Positions 49,101-61,100 of a stretch of 64,000 bases of DNA are shown here, piece by piece. A program made the translations under genes and the position numbers. The number at the start of each line of letters is the position of its first letter. Positions within the stretch are counted from its first letter, which is position 1. The notes under the pieces are model-generated. The model searched no databases, was not told the origin of the DNA, and saw only the letters and a list, made by a program, of their open reading frames with translations. Source of the stretch: Octopus bimaculoides (taxonomy: Eukaryota); contig NC_068990.1 in the NCBI RefSeq assembly GCF_001194135.2, positions 55,319,370 to 55,383,369 of the forward strand. The letters run 5' to 3'.

Positions 49101-51433
49101 AACCACTGTAGTAGGTGCTTTTACGTGCCACCGGCACAAGGGCCAGTCACACGGTACTGGCAACGGCCATGCTCAAAAAGGTGTTTTTTACGTGCCACCT
49201 GCACGGGAGCCAGTCCAGCAGCACTGGTAATGACCTTGCTCGAATGATTTTCTAATGTGCCACCAGCACAAGTGCCAGGAAGGCGACACTGGTAACGATC
49301 AGGCTCAAATGGTGCTATTTACTGGCCACTAGCACGGAAGCCAGACAGCTGCTCTGGCAATGAACACGCTTGGACAGTGCTGTTAGTGCTCCACTGGCGC
49401 AGGTGCCAGTCATCGAGTATGGTTCAATTGCGATTTCGATTTCACTTGCCTCAACATTGTAGTGTTTTGGCCCTTTCCACTGTGACACACCAGCTGCCCA
49501 AAACCACCCACCAATTTAGGTAAAACTTTCTCTCAACAGCATGAGCTTTGTTGAATCAGTTGTTGTGACTCTGGTCCAGATGTTTCTGTCATCCACATCT
49601 GCACAGTCATGCCTAATAGATTAATAGTCTGAAAATTTATAATTGTATTATGAATTGAGACAATTCATTAGCGATTATCAGATATAACATAAATTTCTAA
49701 TGATAAAATATATTTTTTACTGTTTTTCAGGCAGATATGATTGCAATCCTCTTCTATTCTCTGCTCATCGTGGAATATTACTTGTCTCAAAGCTATCAAA
49801 CCAGCAAAACTTTGGGTTGGTTCACTTCAATTTTTCTTTCCTTGTGACATTGTTTGTCAGTTTAGTATGCAATGAATATTTCCACCTAATGTATAGGAGT
49901 TGGACCATTAGCTAACACTAACTTCATGTAGTGTATCAAGGATAAGTGAGTAATTTTGGTTGTGCCTATCACTACTGAAAGTTATTGTAAGATAAGTAAA
50001 TGTCTCTTTAGTCTTTGGAGGACCATCGTTATTTTGTTGTTTAGTAAGAACAAAAATTTTTCATTATCTCATTTAAACTTAAACTACTTTTTGCTGTTCT
50101 TTTATCAGTTGCAGTCATTAGCTTGTGACCAATATTTTAAAATAGGTATTGTGTATGAAATATTTTGTAAGATTTTATTTTGTTCATTTTATATTTTACA
50201 GTGTTGATTCAGAGCCTGTTTTTGAAATAGAAGTAAGTTACATTCCATGTTTTGAGATTTTACAGTTATATTTATAAAAGATGATCCAGTCTGTTACTAT
50301 GTGTATAAAATGTATTTAAATTATAGTTTTTATCATCAACAAAATAAATGAAATTGTTTTGTGATAGGATTATACTTTGTTGAAAGTATTATGTATTTCA
50401 GTTATTTTTCTTCTCCACTATCTCCAAGAAAGTATTACATATCTAACCCTTTTGCATTTAGACCAGCCACAACTGGTCCAAATATTCTACCTGGTTTATG
50501 TTCAAACCAGCCAGATCTGGCCTCTCACACCTACCCTACAATGTCATTTTAAAAATAGACAATCATATCATTGAAATCTTGAAACTGAGATAATGCATGA
50601 TTAATTCAAAACAATGTTAATAAATAATTACATTTGAAAGAGTAATGTGAATGCTAAAAGGTTAAATGACTTTTCTTCTCCGTTTCTCGAAAAAATTTTA
50701 TGAGATATTATCAGTCAAATACAAATTTTTAATTTGAATGTATTTTCATTTTACAGGAGTCTACAACTGGTGATAATTCATTGCAGAGTATCTTCACAGC
50801 TGCATTTGTTGCATATTGCCATAAAAAAATAGTAAGGCTTCATATCTTAACAATTATTTATTACTCAACAGTTCATTTGTTTTTGTTTTAAAATTCAGTT
50901 TTGCTTCAGGATGATGTAATAGTTCTTTAAATCCTATAATTCAGATTGATAATGCTCTACCTAAAATGCTTGTGACTACATGTATTTGGGATTTCAAAAT
51001 GATTGTATATTTGCATTTTTTGTCAGAAAAAAACTGAAGAACTTTTAACAAAAGCTTTTCCTGCATACATGACTCAAGAATTTGAAATGGAGACCAATGA
51101 AACTAAAGTGTTGCCAATTAAAACTTCCGAACTGGACACTATAATTGCTCAAACCAGCTTGTCCATTATTGACGACTATCCGTCTTCTGACCCACGATGG
51201 GCTGAATCTTCTAAAGGATCAGGTTTGTTGTTTCTCTGTATCAGCTTTTCTCAATGTAGGGGTCTTTTGATCTCTGGGCATCTACAAAGATAATATAGCA
51301 GGGTCCATGATCTGAGTTCAAAATTTGTTGGGTAGATAGACCTTTCAAAAGCCTGCAGTCTTTGGAAAATTCATAGCAGTGAAATGGTTAGGAACTACTG
51401 TTCTATACAATTGCAGTTGTTTAACTCTGTGGT

Positions 51434-51477
<44 letters not shown>

Positions 51478-54400
51478 CACATAAATGTGTGTATATATAT
51501 ATATGCAATGTAATGTGTCCTTCCACTTTTCAGGATGTTTGGGTGATTTGAGTGAGATCTGGCTACTATTTCTTGCAATTTGAGGTACACCCTTGTTATT
51601 TAATCTATATAGTTGTCATCATCATCATCATCGTTTAACGTCCGCTTTCCATGCTAGCATGGGTTGGATGACTTGACTGAGGACTGGTGAAACCGGATGG
51701 CAACACCAGGCTCCAATCTAAATTTGGCACAGTTTCTACAACTGGATGCCCTTCCTAACGCCAGTTGTATTATGTTGAAATATGAAAATCAGTTATTTTT
51801 TTTCCCTGATAATTTATTTCATTATGAAGCAGTAGTAGCCCAGTGTAGCATCATAGATTACATTTATCTAGTGTTTTGAAGGGAAGATACAGTATTTTCT
51901 GAGGTGCTTCTACATGGTTAAAATTCACCCTACTATCATAAACAAGGCAAAGAAATTATTAAAAGTGGCTGTGTGGTAAGAAGCTATAGTTGCAGGAATG
52001 ATTATATGGTAAGAAGCTTGCTTTCCAACCACATGGTTCTGGGTTCAGTCCCACNNNNNNNNNNNNNNNNNNNNNNNNNNNNNNNNNNNNNNNNNNNNNN
52101 NNNNNNNNNNNNNNNNNNNNNNNNNNNNNNNNNNNNNNNNNNNNNNNNNNNNNNATATAATGTATTTGTGTGTCTGTATTTGTTCCCCCACCATTGTCTG
52201 ACATCTGATGTTGGTGTGTTTACGTCCCTGTAACTTAGCAGTTCGGCAAAAGAGTTAGATAGAATAAGTACTAGGCATAGAATTTTTAAGTCCTGGGATT
52301 GATTTGTTTGACTAAAGGCGATGCTCCAGCATGACCGCAGTCAAATGACTGAAACAAGTGAAAGAAGAAAGAAGATAATTAGGTCATACTGAAATGCCTT
52401 TAATCATACTTTTGTTCGGTCAGTGTGATGACCTGGGATTATCCAACAACAACACCATACCTTCCCAATAGACATCTCATATATGTAATTGAATATTAGC
52501 TGATAATTACTTTCAGAAGAGTCATTGCCGTGATCATTTAATGTCATTTTTCCATGCTGGCAAGGGTTGGCCGATTTGACAAGCTGGCAAGCCAGTGGGC
52601 TATACCAGGTTCTAGTAATTTGTTTTGGTATGGTTTTTACAGCTGGATGTCCTTCCTAGTACCAACCACTTTGCAGAGTGTACTGGGTACTTTTTATGTT
52701 GTGCCAGCATGGGTGCTGTTTACATGGCTCCAGTACAGGTGCTTTTTTATGTGGTGCCAGCACATGTACTTTTGATGTGGTGCCAGCACCTGCAAGGTTC
52801 CTGATAAATTAGTATTTTGATATCGGTATTAACCCTTTCTTTACTAACCCGGCTGTAGCCGGCCGAGAGTACCCATTGTTATTTAAATGTATATTTGGAC
52901 CCAAATCTCATTAGTACATTCGTTAAAACACCTGATTTCACTTTGCAAACAGTTGAGTTATTGTATCTGACATTGTTTGGCGTGATATTTGAAGTCAGTG
53001 AATTTTGGAAGATTTTTTTCCACATTTTTTGCGGCGTTAATTTTTTTCAACTTTGAAGATGGAGAGGAGTTTCATGCTATCAAGCAGTGATTCCGAATTT
53101 AAAGGTTTTTCAACAGAAGATATGGAGATATCGAAGAAAAGAATGAATGATCTACAAAAGCACGTGGTGAATGATAATGAATCGGATATTTCTTTATCCG
53201 AAACTGAAAGCAGCGATGGCGACAGCGAGGATGATTTTACACCAGAATGGAGTAAAGATTTAAAAGATATTTTTATTAACAATTTTTCTGAGGGGACAGA
53301 GTCTACCCATAGTCTTTCTCAGGAAGCGAAACCTTTAGACTTCGTTTTCTTATTTTTTCCAGCATGCTTGTTTGAAATGATTACTGTGGAAACAAACCGT
53401 TATGCAGAATGTAAACAAGCCGGAAAAAAAAGATAGCTTGTGGTTTCCTGCAACCGTAGATGAAATACGGGCATTTTTTGCCATAAATATTATTATGGGT
53501 ATTAGACAGTTACCCAGAATAACAAATTACTGGAGCGATCAGGAACCTTTTGGCGATGAATATGTTTCCAGTATTATGACGCGAGTACAATTCGTGAAGC
53601 TGAACCAATATTTACATGTGAAAGACACTAGCAGTACCCCAGTACATGGAGAACTTTGAGACAAAAATTATGCAATAGAATTGATTAAGAACCCTTTCTT
53701 CAATTATGTTCCAAATATCACATTAATATGTTGATAAATAAAAAAAGTTACAGGTGTTTAATGAGACTAGTCTAAATTCATGATTATTTTAGAATTTAAT
53801 TGAAACTCATGAGGGGTGTATTTTGGTCAGAAATATAGTAACGAAAGGGTTAAGTCATAATTACCTTCTGTATTAACTCCTAATTTATTTTCTTTTATAT
53901 TTATATTTTCAGTTCAAGATTTTGGCTATAAAAGCTCCAACTTGATATTGAAGCAATTAGAGAAAAAATTAAACTTGCATGAACTGTTCAACAAATTTTT
54001 GAGACACTTTAACCTGACAGACAAGGTAAGTTGGTGTTATTTGGGCCCAAAATATGAGATGACCATATAGTTTTAAAAATTGTTTCTAATTAAGGTACAA
54101 GGTCAGCAGTTTTTATGGAAAGAGGTTAGTTGATAGCATCAGCACCAATATTTAACTGGTACTTCAGTTTATCAATCTGGAAGGGTTAAAGGCAAAGTTA
54201 ATCGCGGCAGAATTTGAACCCAGAATGTAAAGAGCTAAAACAAATATAAAAAATTTTTTTCCAAATTCTCTAATGGTTCTGTCAGTTTGCTAACCATCAC
54301 TTCCCATGAAACTCAGATCTTCTGACTAATTTTAAGAGATGATGATTTTTCTCTTAAATTTATTATTATTTACTTTTAGTATATAATATTTTTTGTTTGA

Positions 54401-56327
54401 TTAAAATCACATGAATTAGGGTTTGCATGGCACCTTGGGCAAATGTCTTCTACTATAGCACAAGGGTAAGCAAAGCCTTGTGAGTGGATCTGGTAGACAG
54501 AAACTGAAAGAAACTTTGTCATGTGTGTGCTTTTACATATGTGTGCATGTGTGTCTCTCCTTGTCTTGACATCCTGTGATTGTTGTAAGGCCAAGGGGCA
54601 ATATTACCTTGCTTGTAAAAAGGTAAGAGTTAGTGATAGGAAGGACATCCAGCTGTAGAAAATCTGCCTCAGTAAACTCCATCTGACCCATACAAGCAAA
54701 CATGGGAAAATGGATGTTAAAATGATGATGATGATGATCTGACAATGCATTGTAGGAATATTGAATTGACTTTAGTTCTTGATTGTTACTTAGTTTTATC
54801 AACCTTGGAAGAATAAAAAACAAAGTTGATGTTAGCAGAGATTGAACTTAGAATGTAAAGGGTTGTAACTTACTACCACAGATACTGTGTCTGACACTCT
54901 AATGATCCTGCCAAATCATCACCTTATTGTTCTAGTCCCAAGTCAGATATATGATGTAAAGTATTCTAGCCATGACCTGCCCATCTGTTATTCATTGTGC
55001 ATCCAATTTGTATTCTCTTTTCTAGCATTTAAACAGGCCATATCTGGCCCAATTATTTTACCTGTTTTGTGTTTAAACCAGCCAGATCTGACCTCTCACA
55101 CCTACCATACATTATCATTCTAAAACGTACAATCATGTCAGCAAAATTTCAAAGCTACAAGATAATGCATGATTAATTCAAAGCAATGTGAATAAATAAG
55201 CACTGCTGATATAAAAATAATAGGAATGCTAAAGAGTTAACTCTTTAATATTCAGATTACTCTGTCAAATGTAATGCTTATTTATTCACATCACTTTGAA
55301 TTAATCATGCATTATCTTGTAGCTTTGAAATTTCAGAATGACATTATAGGGTAGTTCTGATAGGCCAAATCTGGCCAGTTTAAACATAAAACAAGGTAGA
55401 ATATTTGCACCAGATATGGCTGGTTTAAATGCTAAAGGATTAATTTAATAGTTAAAAAAGGATAGTGGTTGCTATTTCTAGCATGTTGAATGACTACATA
55501 GTCTCTTGAAGACATATTATTTCCTGTAGATTAGTTTTTTTTGTTTCTTTTTTTCTTTTTTTTCTAAAATGCTTTATTATTTTGCTTGAGTTTGACTTTG
55601 CAATGTCATTTACTAATTTCCAGTTAAATTCAATTCCTGTACGTGATGTGATGATGGACACTACAATGTTTCTTTGTGAGAATGGAGAAAAACTCGCTGC
55701 AATGATAGCTTTACGAAGCAGTGAACAAGATTATAAATTCTTAGAAGAAATGTGAGTTAACATTATTAGCTACTTTCTTGAGAAAGATGAATGCAAAATA
55801 TTGGAAGATTGATTAATCAAAACTAAAATAAAGATTTATTCCAGTTGTTTCAATACACTTTTACTGTCCAAGCTGGAGTAACTTGTGTTTACACACACAC
55901 ACACACACAATCACATATATAGGTGCAGGAGTGACTGTGTGGTAAGAAGCTTGCTTTCTAACCACATGGTTCTGGGTTCAGTCCCACTGCATGGCACCAT
56001 GGGCAAGTGTCTTCTACTATAGCCTCAGGCCAACCAAAGCCTTGTGAGTGGATTTGGTAGATAGACATTGAAAGAAGCCCATCATATCTATATATATGTG
56101 TGTGTATGTATATATACACACACATATACATATATATGTATGTATTTGTCTCTGTTTGTCCCTCCACCATTGCTTGAGAACCGATGTTGGTGTGTTTATG
56201 TCCCTGTAACTTAGCGGTTCAGCAATAGAGGCTGATAGGCTTACAAAGAATAAGTCATGGGGTCGATTTGTTCGACTAAAGGCAGTGCTCCAGCGTGGCT
56301 GCAGTCAAATGACTGAAACAAGTAAAA

Positions 56328-56368
<41 letters not shown>

Positions 56369-56378
56369 NNNNNNNNNN

Positions 56379-56415
<37 letters not shown>

Positions 56416-57943
56416 TACATCAGTGAGTGGACAAATGAAAGAAGGGCACTCTACCAATTCATTGGGAGTTACATGTATAGATCAAAACAGTTTGATTCAA
56501 ATTCATTGGTACTCTTAAGTTACAAGCATGTTGCTAGTCATCAACCATTTTGAATTTGAATGACAGAAGTTGATTGTTATTACCATAAGGTGGGCTGTGA
56601 TTTGTCTTGGAAGGTCACATGGTGTTGTGGTTTGATGTTGGTATATGGGTAACAGTGAGTTGGAAAATACGGCATGGTGAACAGGAAATTGACCACATGG
56701 AGAACCAGGTGGTGATTAGGATGTTGGTGGGGGAAGTTGGAACAGTGGCATGTGCATGTATATAGTTCTATATGTGGGTGAGTAGACATGCTCATAGTTT
56801 TGTGTGCATGTGTATATGGATGTGAGTGTGGGCATCTGCACACATATATGCACTCACATGCATATTCATTCATATCTACATATGTATATTTGCATGTGTG
56901 TACACATACCAGTATATACACACACACACACATGTGCATATGTGCATTTGCACACGCAAAACAAGCATTGGGGATTGTTAACCAATGGGGGTTGATAAAC
57001 GTTGGGATTGGGAAATGGCAGTCCTGCTCATGGGGTTGGTTGGTAGCGGTGACCTTGGTGTAGGCAGTGCAGGGTAGCAGCTGGTGCTAAGGTGGTATAT
57101 CTGGGTTGTTGGCAGTCAGAAGCCTGAAATTTGCCAGAAGAGCATACCTCTGCTGATAGCAATACGATAAATCGTATTTCTTGTTGGTAGATACTGCGGG
57201 TTGTTGGAGGATATGTAGTTTTCGTGGAAGCAAAGCTGGTAGTTGGGGCACTGAGTGAATATGGTGGCACACTGTTGACAATAGTCCACTTGATGCTGGT
57301 TATTTCATTTTGGAAATCATGGAGTCTCCAGAGAAAACATGACAGGGAAGTGGAGTTGTCTCTTTCCTTGGATCTGAACGAGTGCATATGCTGGGAGTAT
57401 TTTCCCTTGAAGTCATTAGCTATCATACCCATATTATGCCTAGTAATGCCATCAGGTGGTGTAAAGGTGGCTCTATATACTACAGCCCTTTTAGAGGGCA
57501 CATGGTGGGGTTGGGGGTGGTGTGGGTGTATACTTACGTCAGTTGATGCATGCAATGTTAGATGTGATTTTTTTCTAAGCAGGAGCTGCTCATCTTGACA
57601 TGGGGGTTGAAGAGTTTGTAATACTTATGGCCTCTGGGGAAGTGTTTCTTAATTAGCGACTGGAATCCCCGAGCTACATTGGTGTAAACTTTTTGGTTGA
57701 AAGTGGGGTTATACCATATAATTTTCCTTCTCCTAATCCTTTTGAGGTGAGGAGATGGCGTTTGGTGGTTGTCCACATATGTGAGCTTCTACAGCAGACT
57801 AGTATAGCAGATATCTGATAAATATATGAGCCAAAGCATGAAAGGCATCCAGCCAACAAATTCCATGACACATGGAGGCATGGAACAGTGGATGTTAAGC
57901 AACAACGATGATGATGCATTTCTGACTTTATACTTTTCTTAAT

Positions 57944-57994
<51 letters not shown>

Positions 57995-58051
57995 NNNNNN
58001 NNNNNNNNNNNNNNNNNNNNNNNNNNNNNNNNNNNNNNNNNNNNNNNNNNN

Positions 58052-58101
<50 letters not shown>

Positions 58102-61100
58102 ATAAAAGGGCAGGTATGGCTGTGCAGTTGAGTAGTTTGCTTTCCAACTGTGTGATCATGGGTTCAGTCTCACTGCATGGTAGCTTGGGCAAATGTCTTG
58201 TATAGTTCTGGGGCAACCAAAGTGTTGTAAGTAGATCTGGTAGATAGAAACTGGAATAAGCCCATTATATATATATATATATATTGATATAAATATATAA
58301 TATGTATGTGTGTGTGTATACTTGTCTTGAGATCATGTGATGGTTGTAAAGAAGTATCACTGTCATACAAGCAGCATGTTTGTTTCCAATCTTCCATTTG
58401 AGTATGTCCATGGGGATATATCTTGCTTTGAAACAGGAGAGGGTTTGGAACATGAAAGGCATCCAGCCTCAAAAAATTCCATCTGACACATGCAAGCATG
58501 GAAAAGTGGATGTTAAATGATGATGATGATGATGATGATGATGCATTTCTGAATTTATTGTTTTTTCTCTTTTCTTAAAGATCTTTACTTGCTACATTAA
58601 TCAAACGAGTGGTTGACCGAAAAGGTGAAACACAGCATTCAATTAACCTTACCCACTTTGATTTATTCTATCGCGAGGTAAAATACAAAATACCATTTTG
58701 CTTTTGCTTTAAAAATTGTGAAGAATTATTTTGTCAGAGATGTTTATGAATGTGATGTGACCATATCTTGGACAGACTGATTCTTTGGAAAGAAAANNNN
58801 NNNNNNNNNNNNNNNNNNNNNNNNNNNNNNNNNNNNNNNNNNNNNNNNNNNNNNNNNNNNNNNNNNNNNNNNNNNNNNNNNNNNNNNNNNNNNNNNNNNN
58901 NNNNNNNNNNNNNNNNNNNNNNNNNNNNNNNNNNNNNNNNNNNNNNNNNNNNNNNNNNNNNNNNNNNNNNNNNNNNNNNNNNNNNNNNNNNNNNNNNNNN
59001 NNNNNNNNNNNNNNNNNNNNNNNNNNNNNNNNNNNNNNNNNNNNNNNNNNNNNNNNNNNNNNNNNNNNNNNNNNNNNNNNNNNNNNNNNNNNNNNNNNNN
59101 NNNNNNNNNNNNNNNNNNNNNATTATTCAACGGAATAGTGTCTTCAAGTTGATGGGTACCTCATATTCCCCTCCATTTTCTTATTTCTATATATATATAA
59201 AAATTTATTTATGAGGGTAGAAATTGATATTAATCAATTTGAACCAGTGGTCTAGCATATTAAAAAAAATCCGAAGATTAAAATTATATTACATTACAGG
59301 AGTCCACTTTAGCTGGTCATCCGTCTTATTTTTGCTATATATATATATATATATATATATTCAAATATGAATTAGAAGCAGTGCTAGTGTTGTAAATATT
59401 ATTGACCACACACACTCAAAGTATTCTTACGTATGCATTGTTGTGGCATACCAGCAAATGGTCTTTACACTACTAGTCTACAGTTGTAGACTGGTAATTC
59501 GGTTTGCCTCCGGTTTGGTTCACGTATGTGATGTTGATAAGCCACAAAAAGGGCAAAAGATTGATGTACATCCTTCCTGAATAGGACTTGGGGTGAGCTG
59601 TCTCACCTGCCTATGCCTTTCGGGCATTTTAACCCCTGGTGCTTTGAGGGACTCATCCTCACTGCACTAAATTGCAGCCTACTGGCGAACAAGACCAGCT
59701 TGTACATTGAGTATGTGTGGTGGTGTGTGTGTGTTGGTGTCTCTTCGTCTTGACATTATGTAATTGTTGTAGATGAATATCACTGTCTTACCAGCTGAAT
59801 CAATTTCTAAACATCTGTGAAAATCTGTCCAGCTATGAGGAAATATTGCCTTACTTGGAAACAGGACAAGAGGGGCATCTGGTTGTAGAAAAGGTGCCTC
59901 AGTAAACTCTGTCTGACCCATGCAAGAATGGAAAAGTGAATGTTAGAATGATGATGGTGATGATGATATGTTGATATATTTTTTTATATGTTGACTATAT
60001 TATATTTTATGAAACTATATAACTTGGTATTGAGTTATTTTATTTTTTCTAACTCTTGTGTATTACTAAAATATAATATTGGTTTATATTCTTGCATCCT
60101 ACCAGGTTTCTTCTGTTCATGATATCTTTAATGAGTGCTTGGAATATGAACATGATCATTTAACAGCAGATATGGACCCTAAACACATAGTGAATCTTGT
60201 GATCACTATAAATGACCTAATATTGGTAAGTCAGCAATAAAAAACAGTTGTTTTATGTTGTTTTGTTTCTTCTGTTTAAATTGTGTTTGGTAAAAAGAAA
60301 ATGATTTGATGGTAGAAAATGATAAATTATGTAACAAGAATAATACATTACATAAGAGTGAAGAATTACATCATCAAAATCTCTGAACTACAAGATAATG
60401 CATGATTAATTCAAAACAATACAAATAAACAAGCATTACATTTGACTGAATGATCTGAATACTAAAGGGTTAAATATTTATCTCTTGCTGGATGGAGTAC
60501 TTCTTTTGTTCATCCTCTCTCACTCTGACTTTAGAAATCTTTTATAGGAATTGTTAATAAGCTATTTTTATTTTTTTATCTTTCATTTGTTTCCTTCACA
60601 GTATGTACTACAACAAACTTTACGGTATCGTTCAAATAAGCAAGATTATTACAGACGTTTTGCTGACATTGTCATTGAGACAGAGTATATCCCATGGACA
60701 TGTTCTGTGAACAGGCAAGGAATGAGGGCTTTGCTTAAAAAGCAGGTAATACTTTTAGTCAAATACTTGATTTTCTTTTTTTATTGCTTTAGCTTGTAAT
60801 ATTGGTACATTATGATTTATAAAATAATTTTCACTGAGATTATTGAAGCTTTTAAAAATTACTTCAGATAAAACGAATTGGATATTGTAACTTTTCTATG
60901 AGAAATCTTATTTGGAAACATTGGGTTAATCTTTTGGAATGATGCTATTTCATTATTGTTCCCTCTTGTAATATCTTCATGGTTTGGGCATTAAAAAAAA
61001 AATTACAAAAAGACCCTTATGAATCCTAATTAGAGGCAATGCTTCTTAGGAGGTTTGGGTCTGCAGTGGTAGTAGCAGGCCTATTATTTTGTTGCAGAAC

